DNA of 64,000 nucleotides from the human T2T-CHM13v2.0 reference genome, Homo sapiens, in the NCBI RefSeq assembly GCF_009914755.1, contig NC_060927.1; one strand, written 5' to 3'. Shown here piece by piece: positions 1-14,394 of the stretch. A model generated the notes under the pieces. The model was not told the DNA's origin and did no database searches. It saw nothing but the letters and a program-made list of their open reading frames with translations. The translations under genes and the position numbers were made by a program. Every line of letters starts with the position of its first letter. The stretch's first letter is position 1.

Positions 1-199
1 TTGCTCTCTACCCAGAGCCCTGTGTCTTTTCTTAAGAAGACTACCTGGCTTATCCTCTGTCTGGGCTTTTCTGGCCATGAGGACATGGAGTGAAGATTTT
101 GGAGCTCTGTGCCCTGTGTCCTGGCGTTTAATTATTTCTCAAGACACGTGAGCTAAATTTGAGTAGAAGAGCTTGGCAGAAAGAAAACCACCAGTTACG
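1..199 (+). other. Candidate alternative non-coding first exon of MYRIP (3' part)
   Basis: Non-repetitive sequence ending at a donor-like ACG|gtaatt (199/200); E-box CACGTG at 145-150. The frame needed to join the next exon has TAA at 129-131 and no ATG after it. Confidence 0.35.
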
Positions 200-849
200 G
201 TAATTTTAATAATTAAGCAACATTGACTTGTCCTTTATTTCACAATTTGCTATTATTGATTATGTACTATAATCCTTTATTATACATTGCCTGATTGTTT
301 TCATTGATGTTTTGGAACAGAACTATGTCAATTTTGTCCTATTTTGTACATTTTTTAGCATTTTGCATATGCATATCTGTGCAAACATTAAGAAATAAAT
401 CATAAAGGAAGAGCATTTTAAACCATTGGCTCTATTTCAACAATATGGGTGGAAAAAGTATTTCTCCTCTCCTTATTGACTGCTTTACAAAAACAGGTAG
501 AATTTTATTCTTTTATTGATAAAACAGAAACCTGATGTGGTGAGGGTTGTAGCTGTGGCTGCCTTTGCTGCAGATGTGCTATCTCTGAGGCTGGGACTAA
601 ACTTCTTAGTTTATTCCAGCAGGGAGTGGGAAAGTCACATGTGAGTTTAAGAACATTGACTTACTCTGGGCTAACCCAACATACATGTTTTTTGAGCAGC
701 AACTGATGAGACCTGAATGTTCTAGGAAATTTCATTGTGTAAGCATGGATTTGACAAAGATGACACAGCATGATACTATATCCATCACCCAGGAGGGACA
801 TTAAGAGATTTCTTAGGGTCCTGAAGCTAAAAACGAAGTCCTTGGATCT

Positions 850-2500
850 TTTTCTTATTTATTTAATTTTATTTTAATCCAAGTCATGAATGTATAGACT
901 TTAAAACATCAAATAATTCTCTTGACTTATTGAAAAGAAAAAAAAGCCCCTCACCCCACTCCACCCCATCTGTGCTCCTTACACACCACTTTCAACTTTT
1001 AGCTTTCTTTCAGTATTTACTTCCAAATTTCTAAATAATATGCTTACCCTTTTTGTTTTTACAGCTTATATCTTTATTTTCTTCTATGAAAAGGTTTTGT
1101 TTTCAACACCTCCAACACTCAACACATACATATCCCCCTTTCCTCCATTCTCCCAGTATATCTGCAATATAGTCTTTGTTACATCAGTTTTCTGTGTTTT
1201 ATTATTATAATCATAAAAAGCAGCTTTCTGGTGTTGCTGTTGAGTCATTCTGATATTTGATCCTTTCTATGTGGCTTTTTCCCCTCTTTGAAAGTTTCTA
1301 GGCTCTTTCCTTTGGTCTCAGTGTTATAAAACTTCACCAATGTCTTTCCTTTGGGTCTTTATTTCTGCCACTGTACTTGAGCTCTTAGAGAACCATTTCA
1401 TTTTGGATAGCTTTTCCAGGCTTGAGAAACTTTCTTGAATTACATCTTTGATTATTTTCTTTCTTCCATTTTCTTTGTTTCTTCTGAAGTAAAGATATTA
1501 GACCTCTCAGATTAATTCTCTAGTTTTCTTTTTTCTTCTTTTTTCCTCTCTTTGTCCTGTTTTCTGGAAAATATCCTCAATTTCATCATCAATCCTATCA
1601 AGTGTTTAATTTACACAATAATTTCTTTATTTCTGAGAGTTATTTTTGTTTCTATATTCCCTTTACTATGTAATGCTATTGCTTCATACCTGCAATATAT
1701 TCTTATTAATCATTTTTGAAGTTTTTTTTCTCCTTCAACTTTCTTTATTGTGTTTGTTTTGGTATTTATCTTTAACGATAGCAACTTTGCTCAAGAATCC
1801 CATGACCCAGGACTGGCAGTTTACCTTTAATAGTGATGCACTGAAAGCTGATCTGAGGGTTAGTGGGCCTCAGTAGGGCTTATTGACTGGTTGGCTTCAG
1901 CCTAGGATGATCTGGCTGGACTGTTTTATTGGGAGAACTGTCAGTAGGTCTTTTTCTTTAGAGTCGGTCAGTTTCTCAGAAAGGAATGCTCCAGTCTCCT
2001 ACTGGGGATGTAGGTCTGATAGTTCAGGGGAGCCCAGTGACAGATGGGGGCCAAGGCCAAGCCCAGCACTCACTAATATGTTTCCTGTGGGTGCCCCTGC
2101 CCTTGATGTGCCTGGAGCCCTGGTCTCAGAGTCCCTCTATGCTAACCTTTCTAAGGAGTAAACCTCAAGTCTTCTGAGATGAATGAGGGAAGTATCCTGG
2201 GTAAGCACAGTATAAAAGGGGACTAGAGGCCTAACTATTTCATCTGCCTGCATTCTCACTTCCAAAGGTAACTGATGGTTGTAATTCCTGAGCCTTGATG
2301 GGGCTCTGATATATGAATCAGGCTTCCCACTGCAGCATCAGGATTTAGCTTCTCCAGGGTGTTGAGTCATTTACTTATGCTTCACCTGCTTTCTAGCTTC
2401 CCAGATGTTATTACTGTGGCCCCATAGGAGTTTTGACTTTTGTATCTTGTTTGTATTTTAATGAGATTTAGGAGACAGCAGAAGTAAATGTGTGGGTTTA
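850..2500 (-). mobile_element. Ancient degraded L1M/HAL1-type LINE fragments
   Basis: T-rich decayed sequence resembling 47900-48900; boundaries approximate. Confidence 0.45.
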
Positions 2501-3029
2501 ATTTGCCTTATTCAAGTGGAAGCCCAGTCCTTGACTCCTGGTTCCAGTAGTGGCATTTGGGCCAGATGAGGATGTCCCTGGGAAACTGTGGCAACAATGT
2601 AAGGTTGTAGAAGTGGTACAAGATGTGATTTCTCTGTAGCAGCCGGGAGTGTCACCTCTGGCATCTCAGAGTTAGGTATGTACACCCTGGAGAAGGATGG
2701 TGCTAGGGGAGGCCTGATAGGGGATTCAGCAATGGATTGCAAACTTATTTTGACCCACATTAAGAAGTTCTATTTACTCTCACAATCTAAGAGACAGATA
2801 CCTACACACTCCTACAAACAAAACTGTACAGAAAAGCAAAAGTTTTACAAGACAGTACTAACCCCTTCTACGGGCCAAGCACTCAGGTATTTCTATTCTA
2901 TTTAGGTTGTTTGTTTGTTTTCAATGATGGTCTTGACCCACTAATGTGTCACAAGCAGAAGACTGAAAAGCAGTGTCACTTGAGGTGACATCCAGACACC
3001 TGCAGTATATCACCACTCTTGCCATCTTC

Positions 3030-3340
3030 TTGCCCTAAAACTTTCCAGGATTCTCCATCAACCCCTGAACATCACATTCAAGGCCTTCAGCACCTGGCTC
3101 CAGCTTGCCTGTCAAATCTCCTCCCACAGTGTGCCCACCTAGTATACATGCTTTTCACAGCAGTGGCTCCTGCATGCTTTCTACCCTCCTCCCTGCATGT
3201 ACTTCAAGCACACCAAGCCTTTTAAGATAGCATTTTCTCTGCCTAGGCACCCTTGCCCCACTGCCTGCCCCAAGAACTCTCATACATACTCTTAAAGACC
3301 CAGATGAAATGGCAGAACGCCTGTGAACTTCATCTAATGT
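3030..3340 (+). mobile_element. L2 fragment
   Basis: L2-like motif cattcaaggccttcagcacctggctcc; boundaries approximate. Confidence 0.5.
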
Positions 3341-3349
3341 ACACACTCA

Positions 3350-3755
<406 letters not shown>

Positions 3756-5272
3756 TTAGGAAAACACCAAGAAGAAAATTTTGATATAAAATAGGGTTAT
3801 TAAGTGGCAAGAATTATCTAGTAACCTTTCCTACAGAGCAATATTTTTATGTAAAAAAATTTCTAGAATGTTGACAGTATGCCATCAATATGGTAGATAC
3901 ACTTTAAGCTTTATGAAGCAATATCCTATTGTTAAATATATAATTTTGTAACTACTTTTATGACTCACTGTGAAGAACTGCCTTGTGCACATCTTTGCAC
4001 ATAAGTCTAAATACCTGTAAGTACTTTGGATTCTTGATGCATACCACCAAGTCTGTCTCCTGGAAGAACAGATCAGTTCAAACCCCATGTGCAGGAGAGT
4101 GCCTGTTGGGCTATATAGTGGCCACTTCTAGGTATTGTCATTTTTTAAATACCATGTCTCTGGTAGTTTTAAATTTTAGTATGATAATATATCTCAATAT
4201 TTATTTTATGGTTCCTACCTTTAGTGTCATACTTAGAAAAAACTTCCAGAAACCCAAAACATAGATCATTTTTGCTAGAATTTAAAGTCACCCCAAATAA
4301 TATTCTCCATTTTCTCAGTGAGAAGATGAACAAAAGTAGAATTCTTATGTCCATCTTTGATACCTAAACTTTTAGAGGTATAGATGAAGTAATCGGTGTC
4401 TACTTGCAATGTCAATCTACTAATATCGTAACAGGCACACTTCTAAAGTCACTAATTATGTATAGTCATATACTAATTGGGAACTACTGTGATTTTTCTT
4501 TTCTCATTTCATGAACCAGTTTTACCCAAACTCTTGTTTTGTATTTTCAGTGTCAACATTCTCTGTCAACATTCTCATCATCATCAGACCCATTCTGAGT
4601 CATGTAACACAGTTTTCCTGGCACAGCAGGTGCACTTCCGTCTGAGTTATTTTTAATCTAAACATACATAATTCTGTCACTGAGATTTTTAATCCAAGAC
4701 ACAAAGAGACAGTCTTATAATATTAGCTTCTAAACTTGTCCTGAATGCGTATATTGTTCTTGACAATAAGACAACTTATACTGTGCTTTATTTTTACATT
4801 GTTACTTTTACTAAAGATATATTTGCAGTGTTTAAGGAGTCAAGACTTGTTCTAAAAAGCCTTTCAACTTTTTTTCATTTTCTCTTTTTTTCATCCCTCT
4901 TCCCTCAGCCCTATCCCACCCCCTAAAACCATTTTTAACTGTTTCACTGATTTTCATGACAACATTTTCCTCTATGTAGGTGCAGGATGTATATCTATGT
5001 AGGTTGCCTGTGTTGTTCCTTGTTAATTATTCAGTTTTAGGCATCATCTATTACTTCTCATCATGGAACAGGAGAATTTAGCCTCTTCCACCTCATCCTG
5101 CCTCCCTTCCCATTCCCATACCTTTCAGTAAAGCCATATTTCTATTATTATATCTGTATAAATGCTATTATGTCTGTATAAATGCTTCCCAGCTGAGCCA
5201 TCTCCTAAATTGTGGTTAATATTTTTCTATTTTAAAGTAAAATTTTTAAGTTGTGAAATATGTCCTACATAC

Positions 5273-6062
5273 TGTATTAGTCCATTCTTGCATTGCTATA
5301 AAGAAATAGCTGAGACTGGGTAATTTATAAAGAGAAGAGGTTTAATTGGCTCATGGTTCTGCAGGCTGTACAGGAAGCATGGTGGCATCTGTTTCTTGGG
5401 AGGCCTTAGGGAGCCTTTACTCATGGTGGAAGGCAAAGCTGGAGCAGGCGTCTCACTGGCAAGAACAGGACTGAGAGAGAGAGGGGAGGTGCCACACACT
5501 TGTAAATAACCAGATCTTGTGAGAACTCACTCACTATACAGTACTGTATTAGTCCATTCTCACACTGCTTTAAAGAAATACCCAAGATTGGGTAATTTAT
5601 AAAGGAAAGAGGTTTAATTGACTCACAGCTCCTCATGGCTGAGGAGACCTCAGGAAACTTATGATCATGGTGGAAGGTGAAGGGGAAGAAAGGACCTTCT
5701 TCACATGGCAGCAGAGAGAGAAGAGTGAGGCAGGAAGGGGCAAGAACCCCTTATAAAACCATCAGATTTCATGAGAACTCACTCACTATCACAAGAACAG
5801 CATAGGGAAACTGCCCCCATGATCCAATCACTTCCCACTAGGTCTCTCCCTAGACATGTGGGGATTATGGGGATTACAATTCAAGATGAGATTTGGGTGG
5901 GGACACAACCAAACCATATCAGTTACCAAGGGGAATGGTACTAAACCATTTATGAGAACTCTACTCCATGATCCAGTCACCTCCCACCAGACCCCACCTC
6001 CAACACTGGGGATTACAACTGAACAGGAGATTTGGGTGGGGACACATATCCAAAGCATATCA
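5273..6062 (-). mobile_element. MST-type MaLR solo LTR containing a nested THE1-type LTR (5545-5921)
   Basis: TG...CA ends; perfect outer TSD catac (5268-5272, 6063-6067); inner LTR restarts with tgtattagtccattc and has an imperfect TSD agtac/gttac. Confidence 0.88.
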
Positions 6063-7203
6063 CATACCAGAGAGTTATAATATATATTTGTATAGCTTAA
6101 ATAATAATAATAAAGTGAATATCCAGGTTAACAAAACAATCTTGGCACAATCACATCCCCCTTCCCTTCCTCAGGCCCCCGAGACCAGTCTCACCTACAT
6201 GTGAAAAGAACACAAAATTGCAGGAAACTCAACAGCGTAATTAGATTTGTTATTTCTTCTTCAGCAGAAGAGTTAAGAAGAATTTTTGTTTTTGGTGGAT
6301 ATGGAGATCTAATATGCAAGTCGTTTGAATTTTTATGTTTGTGTGTTTGTTAATGCTGACTTTTGAATAGTCAGAGAATTTTGCCTGAACAGTATTTATT
6401 TTGGGCTTTGTTTATGGCTGCTGGGATGTGATTCATTTTTATAAATCTTCCTTGCTTATTTGGGGGAAAAAGTGCCCTTTCTGTTTCAGAGGTATTGAAT
6501 TTTATATATTCTTTCATAGGTATATCTTTTCAATCAAGCTAACAGTGTCCACTTTCCTTCTGTTCTTATTTAAATTGTTTGTTTGGTCCATCAGAGAGTG
6601 AGAGAGCTTTTGAAGTCCCCCATTATGCTTTTTAAAAATTTCTCTTTGTTTTTCTAACAGATTTTATTTTATATATGTAAATTTTGTTATTCAGCCTATT
6701 ATATTTTAAATTATGTATTATTCCTTTTTATCACTGGAAACACAATCATCCATGTTATTTAATGGGCTTTTCCTGAATTTTGTTTCATCTGATTTGCCCT
6801 CCTTTTTTCTTTGTGTCCACTTGATGCTTTCTGGCCTTTTTTTCATTTTTAATCTTCTCTATGACTTTTTTGATATGCTCTTTATCAACAGCATATAATT
6901 GGATATTGATTTTATTATTTTTCAAGCATCTGTCTATTAAATAGAAGCTAAACCTGTTGACATATAAGATGATAATTGATATGTTTATCACTCTTTACGT
7001 GCCTTATCAATAGATTATGCTAGTATTGCAACCCATGCGCTCAACTTTTTAAAAACTTGAATGGTGAGGGCAGCCAGTTGTGATGGCTACATATTGACCT
7101 ATTCATAAATTCTGCAAGTAGTTATTGAATACCTGCTGGGGACCAGGCACCAGGCCAGGCACTGGAGATGTAACAGAGAACATTACAGTCCTTGCCCTGT
7201 AAG

Positions 7204-7350
7204 TAGGGCCAGTTTCATGAGATTGCAGTCACTTTATGGCCTCCAGCTTGGTTTAATGCTCTGCTGTTGTTGTCTTGAAACTCTAATTTTCAACAAAGGA
7301 CCCTGAATTTATTTTTTCACTGGGCCCCATAAATTATGCTACTGGTCTTG
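7204..7350 (+). mobile_element. MER45A-like hAT-Tip100 DNA transposon inserted in L2 (~7100-7560)
   Basis: Termini tagggccag...ctggtcttg; internal gcttggtttaatgctctgctgt and actgggccccataaattatg. Confidence 0.75.
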
Positions 7351-8120
7351 CCATAAAGTTGTATAAAAGACAGAAAACAGGAAATTTCAATATGGCCTAA
7401 TAAATACCTTAATAGGAATCAGCAGAGGGGACTATGAGAGCATAGAGGGGGCTGATCTTGGAGGTCTTCTTGACAGAGCTCATCACTGGGCTGAATCAGA
7501 TGAGGAGTAGGAGTTGGCCTGGCTGAAAGAGGGAAGCAGAGGAAATAGCAGGTATAAGGCCCATGGTCTTTAGACTTAATGATGTCTCTGGCCAGAGCAA
7601 AAATTATAGGTATCCCTGAACAAAGCTAACTGAAAGCATCAAGGCCAGTAGAATTACAATCTAAATAATGTACTGTTAGGGGCAAGGATCAAAGAAACAT
7701 TCCAGATATCTGCACAAGATGCTAAACTAACTGACTGCATTTTAAGTCAGAATTGACAGATACTTTATACAAGGTCTAATGCCAAGGTAATGGGAGGTGA
7801 GTCTGAGGGAGAGACACAAATCACAGACTCAGAAGGGAATGCTATCACAAAGCATTCTGCTATTATCCCAAGTTAATTGGGAGTCATCTTTCTAAAATGC
7901 AAAACCAACTGCATCAGTGTCCCACATTTGAGAATGGCCATTCTGACATTAGCATAGAGAGGGGAGAGGCTGGATAAGCAGGCTAATTAGAAACCTTTGT
8001 GTGGTGATCCAAGTGGGAGACAGAAGGAAAGTGTTAGCAGAGGACATGAAGTCATAACATAGTTTCAGCCAACATGCAGGAGGGAAAAGCTGCAGCACTT
8101 AGTTATGAGTTAGCAGTGTT

Positions 8121-8123
<3 letters not shown>

Positions 8124-8156
<33 letters not shown>
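8124..8156. repeat. (GA)n microsatellite within L2 remnants
   Basis: Directly visible. Confidence 0.95.
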
Positions 8157-8159
<3 letters not shown>

Positions 8160-8707
8160 GAGTCGAAGATGGCACTCACTGAAGTGCAGGATGTAGGACT
8201 ACAACCAGCTTGTGTGAAAAAAGACAGAGTTTATAATTTAAGGCATGTTGTGTGGGAAGTGGGAGACAGAAGTGGAAATATCCAATGAGCAGAGCTGATG
8301 GGGTCTGTAGGGGTCTTGCAGAGAAGAGATGCCAGCTGACACCACAGGCATGACCCTGGGGTGACTCCACTTCTTGTATTGTGCAAGTGCAGAGATGGAG
8401 GTCTGGGAGTGCTGACATTCAACAAATGGGCAGAGGAAGAGGAGTCTTTACAAAAGGCTGAAATGGAGAAGGAACAATGAGGGACAGAAAGGAAACCAGC
8501 ATTATGGAAGTCAGAGTATCATGGCAGCCAAAGTAAGAAGTGCATTTCAGAAACAATGAGGAGGTTAAACACCTAAAACTGTGGGCTGAAACAGCAGAGG
8601 AAGTAAGACCAGCAAAGCAACCCTTTGACTGGGGAGAGCAATTTCAGAGGAATGAACACTGGATTATTTAAGGAGGGAGTGGGAAGTGCAGAAGCTAAAG
8701 TTGCGAT

Positions 8708-9230
8708 TGTAAGCATTAAGACTCCTGGTTTCTGCATTCATGCTTTGACTTGCTTTCCTGGAGAGACTGCCAATTCCTAGAGATAGTAAATGGCTCACAT
8801 ATGGGTGTGCCTTTCAGATGCAAACCAACCAGTCCAGAGCCCACACCCCACCACTTTCTCTATGGGGCTCTCACATTCAGGGCCACTGTTCCCCTGCCCC
8901 AATCACCCCAGGGCTAGGTACCAGATAGAGACAATCCCTTTACCTCAGAGCCTACTGTAATTATTCAAACAAGCCAACCCTAAGTCTCTTTCCCCTTTCT
9001 CATCTGTTCCTTTCCTTTGAAACACAATAAAGGTTATTACCCACTTTTACTCCTCACTCTGCCTCTTTTTTTTATTATTATACTTTAAGTTCTAGGGTAC
9101 ATGTGCGCTTCCCCATGTGGCCCTTTCTCTTGGGATCTGTGAGTAATGAACTGTCTTTTCAACAGCAGTCATCTTCTGATCTATTGGCCTCACCACTTCT
9201 GAATAATAATCAAACCTACACCTTAAAACA
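8708..9230 (+). mobile_element. ERVL-type solo LTR (MER73/MER74-like) interrupted by a tiny L1 end
   Basis: TG...CA ends; gcctttcagatgcaaaccaacc motif; AATAAA at ~9027; terminal aataataatcaaacctacaccttaaaaca. Confidence 0.65.
9066..9106 (-). mobile_element. 41-bp L1PA4/5-type extreme 3' end
   Basis: ttttttttattattatactttaagttctagggtacatgtgc is the reverse complement of the L1 3' terminus plus A-tail. Confidence 0.85.
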
Positions 9231-9442
9231 AGAGGGAAATGTAGTGACTGAGAGAGGATTGAGGCTTTAGTATGTTCATTTTTAACTGATGAGAGAGACT
9301 TAGTCGAGTTCATGCTAAGAAGGTGCCAGTTAAGAGGGTGGAGTCAACAATGTAAGAGAGAGGGAAGAGGAATTTGGGGCAAAAGTCTGAAGAGATGGGA
9401 ACAGATGAGCCCAGAGCCATTGCCTTTCAAGGAGGAGGCAGA

Positions 9443-9525
9443 GCTGGACACAGTGGTTCATTCACTCCTGTAATCCCAGCTACTTGGGAGGCTGAGGCAG
9501 GAGGACTGCTTGGGGCCAGGAGTTT
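9443..9525 (+). mobile_element. Partial Alu monomer (FLAM-like)
   Basis: cctgtaatcccagctacttgggaggctgaggcaggagga...gccaggagttt. Confidence 0.75.
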
Positions 9526-10822
9526 CAGAAGGAGAATGCAGGCTCAGGCCAGGGAAGGTTGCTGTTGGGAAGGATATGCTCCCAAATGTGCAGAGGAGGC
9601 CCCATTTCAAAACAAACCCTGTGTCCTTCTTCCTGGCACTACTGCTAAGCCAGATCACCATCCCTAGCCTCTGTCCTCCATAGTCTCATAGACTCCTCTG
9701 GACCAGCCCATAATGACCACTGCACACTCCCCTAGGACTTGGCCTGAGCCATGCATTTGACACTGATAAATCTTGCTGTGGGTTGTCTTTATGGATGATG
9801 AAATGTCCTTCCCACCCTACTACAAGGAGGTAGTCTTAGTCATGTCCCTGCTGTCTTAGCTATGTCCTCAATGCCCAGCATCGAGTTGAACAGGACACAG
9901 TCCCTGCCTAGGGAGTTCCTGCAGGAGTACAGGGCAGATATGTGTAGGGAAAAAGGGTAACTATGATAAGTGCAACTGGAACTGACTGCCTGATGCCCAC
10001 CATGGGCCTTACAGCCTGTTACCTCATTTCTTACTCACTTCTGCCCACCAGTGGGCCTTTTGGGACAAGGCCCTGCCAGACTCATTGGAAATACAGCCTC
10101 AGGCAGGAATGGAGTGGGAAGAATTCCCTGAGAAGCCAGGGAATTTTTACTTTGAAAAGCCCTTTTATCTGTGGCTGTGTCCTTGGAAAGGGCATATTTG
10201 CATTTATTTGCAGGTTACTTTGCCCAGAAGTAAGCCTGTTTTTATGAACATAATAAAAAGCACTGGCCTTGTAGAAAAAAAGGCCTTTCCAGTCTATGGA
10301 GAAATGTTCAGTTTGAAGCAAGTCTAGTTTAGAGGCAAGAGGCCAAGGCCAAAAGAAGTAACCTCAAAGGATCAGTTATGTGAGTAAGAGAAATCAAGAG
10401 TAGAAGTAATGTTGATTTCTAACCTCAAAGATGCTCAAGACACTTAAAGTTGGAGAGGAATGGGTGATTCTGTTTAACTTGCTCAGCCTGCTGCAGCTGA
10501 GGTCAGAAGCCCTTGCGTACCTGGGGATACAACACCTCCCTTCCCAGACATCTGAGGCTTCTCCTACCAACCACGGGAGGCCTGGGCACCCTGTGTCCTC
10601 TGACCCCTTTCAACAGCCCCTCTTTTCACAGGCCCACATACATGTCCAAGGCTGGGACATGGTGCCAGCTTCCTTTATCACTCCACAGCTTCACTGCAGA
10701 AACACAGGCCACTCCTCTCCTCTCTTCCTGACCTCCCTATTCTATTCTCAACTTCACTTCTCTCTCTGTAATTATTCTCAAATAACCACAAATGTCTTTA
10801 TGCTACTCTGCAGTTCATGAAG

Positions 10823-10824
<2 letters not shown>

Positions 10825-10862
<38 letters not shown>
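10825..10862. repeat. (GT)19 microsatellite
   Basis: Directly visible. Confidence 0.97.
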
Positions 10863-10864
<2 letters not shown>

Positions 10865-12997
10865 CGTACTCATCTAATTTTGAATGCAAACAGATCAATT
10901 GCGCATCTTAATTTCCAGATAGACATTTTTGATACTTCTAATAAAGAGAATACCCAGGGTGTTGACTCAAAGCATGGAAAACCTTCAGTCTGATGCCTGA
11001 AAATGGCAAAGTTAGACCCCAGGGTCCCCCCAGAAGGCAGTTCTTTGCACTTAGGTTTCAGAGTTCCTAGGACATTGCCGGTGGTCAGGGCTACAGACAA
11101 GCCCCCTCCTCATCATTACTGCTCAGGATGGTTCACAAGAAGGGAAGGAGGAAGTTGTTTAGCAGAATGGCTGCCTATATGATTTTTGGTAGCTTCGAGA
11201 CCAGATCATTTGTAGACAAGTTAATTTCCCTAGAGTAGAAAACAAAATCCCATCTCTTGATCAGCTTCTTCAACAAATGGTGCTTGAAAACCGTTTAGAA
11301 TGCATTAAGCTTCAAAAACTAATTCTTCTTGACTCAGAGATGAGATTTTCTTTATGTCCACCTAGAAACTGTACAGACTAAACCTTTACAATCTCAAAGG
11401 AAAACAAGATTAAATACCCATTTGCTAGTGTATTCACACAAAGGTTTTGTGATATAAAAGAAATTATAGAGTTGATGGGTGGGGGCAGTATGTTGATGGG
11501 ACTGATGAGTAATTAAGGATGCTGAAGGTGGCCAGGGACTGTGGACAGTGCAGGAGTCCCAGGGGTTTTGTAGGGTCTTCCCAGGCCTGGCTTGTGGGCT
11601 CTGAGTCCCCAGTCCACACCTCGATAAGATGGTTCAGCTTTTATCTGACATATTGGAGATCCCTGTAGATTTCATATAAAGAACGTTTGGGAAAAAAAAA
11701 AGTTACCCAATTATTTGGTACACTAAGTAATTGAGTAATTACTGTGCTAAGAAGGCAAGCAGGTGGTGTTTATTTCCAGGAGTTGAAGAGAAAGTATACT
11801 ATGATGAAAGTGAGCCCTGGGCTGGGAACTAGTGGATTTCCTGGCCTTGCTAACTAGTTGTGTATACATGAATTGACCACTTTCTCTGATTAGGCTTGGT
11901 GATCCCAAAGGTTCTTTCCTGATCTGAACATCTGTGATTTTATATGCTTGTTACTTATTATTAAGTATTGATGCCCTCATCCACAGACCAGAGAGGTGAG
12001 GGTTTAAGAGATTTAAGGTCCTCAGATGAGCTGGGGAGTTGGATAGCTGAATTGTTCCCTGCATTGCTTCTGTGCACCCCTGGGTTCTTAATACAGGAGG
12101 GACTTTAGTGGATTAAGGCTGGAACACACACACATACGCTCATGGAATTCTACAGGAATAGAGAAATTAATATCTCATGAGGGGGTGGAGGCGGGGGCGG
12201 AGGAGGGAAGAAGAGCAAAGGGAGGGAAAGAGGAAAGGAGAGTGAAAGAAGAAAGGAGGAAGGGACAAATAAGCACACACGTTGGCCCTAACAGTGTTTG
12301 ACTCACACTGGTCCTCAGTAAATGTTTGTGAGAACTATGGAAGGAATGAATTATTGAACTGGGCCAACCCTCAATCAGCAAATTCTAATTTCTACTCTAG
12401 TAGAAGTAAGCTAGGAATGGGTTTAGCCCATCACTTCCTAAAGCTGGTAGGAGCCATTACCAGCCAGCTGCATTTTTGAGCAGTCCTAATATTTCAACAA
12501 ATTCTGGCCATCGGTGAGCCTGAGCTCGCATGATCCAAGGTCACTGTGGCAGTGTGGAAACTCAAAGAAGTCATAGATGTCAGAGGAGAGGGTTGACATA
12601 TTGGCACGTGCAGCCCTCCCAGGTCCAAACTTTTGTGCCTCCATAAGGATTTTTCATCCAGTAGAGTGAATGCTAGAAATGTGGGCCAGACCAACTGTCA
12701 GAAAGTTCTGTGTGGTAAACAGGCTGCCCTTTCTGTTTCTAAGCAGGTGGCCTCATGATCCACAGGCTACTTTCATGACTATTGTACAAGCCTGAGAGCA
12801 GATGTTTTCCTCTGAAATCAAGTATTAGAAGCCACCCTACCAGAAACTATTAAAATCTATTATATCCCTCCTTTCTCTCGAGCCTGATCTCAAACATGTG
12901 AAATCCAGGCTGCTATGAATGTGGTGGGACCAATGCAGATGGATTCCAGGTTTTCCATCTCTAGTCCAGACTGTATTAAGAACCCAGGGGTGCATAG

Positions 12998-13422
<425 letters not shown>

Positions 13423-13577
13423 TAGTAAATGAAGTGATGTCTCAGAGCCATATGGGATAGTTATTTAATAAATACTGCTGGGACAACTGGTTACCCATTT
13501 GGAAACAACAAAGTTAAGTCCCAGTGTACATTAAAATAAATTCTAGATGGCCCAAAGATTGAAATGTTAAAAAGTGA

Positions 13578-13924
<347 letters not shown>

Positions 13925-14052
13925 AGAATTTACTTTTATAATCTTAGCGTGGAGGCAGCCTTTCTAGGAAACACATAAAGCCCACAAAACTTAAAGGAAA
14001 AAATAATAATCATTTTGACACCATAAAACATAATTTTCTGCAACACAGAATA

Positions 14053-14394
14053 TAGTCATGCACCACATAACAACATTTCAGTGAACAACATACTGCATAT
14101 ACAACAGTGGTACTATAACATTGTAATATATTTCTACTGTACCTTTTCTATGCCTGGATATGTTTAGGTACACAAATACTTACATTATGTACAGTTGCCT
14201 ACAGTATTCAGTACAATTATGTGCTGTACAGGTTTGTAGCCTAGGAGCAATAGGCCATACCATGTAGCCTAAGTGTGAGGTAGGCTATGCCATCTTGGTT
14301 TGTGTGGGTACATTCTATGATGCTCTCACAATGACAAAATTGCCTAACAATACATTTCTTGTAATGTATCTTCATCATTAAGTGATAATGACTG
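14053..14394 (+). mobile_element. Tigger3a/MER7A-like DNA transposon
   Basis: TIRs tagtcatgcaccacataac / taagtgataatgactg flanked by TA. Confidence 0.85.

Noticed and set aside
4551-5186. Small tandem duplications (13 bp at 4551, 20 bp at ~5146)
   Set aside because: Ordinary slippage events without further signal.
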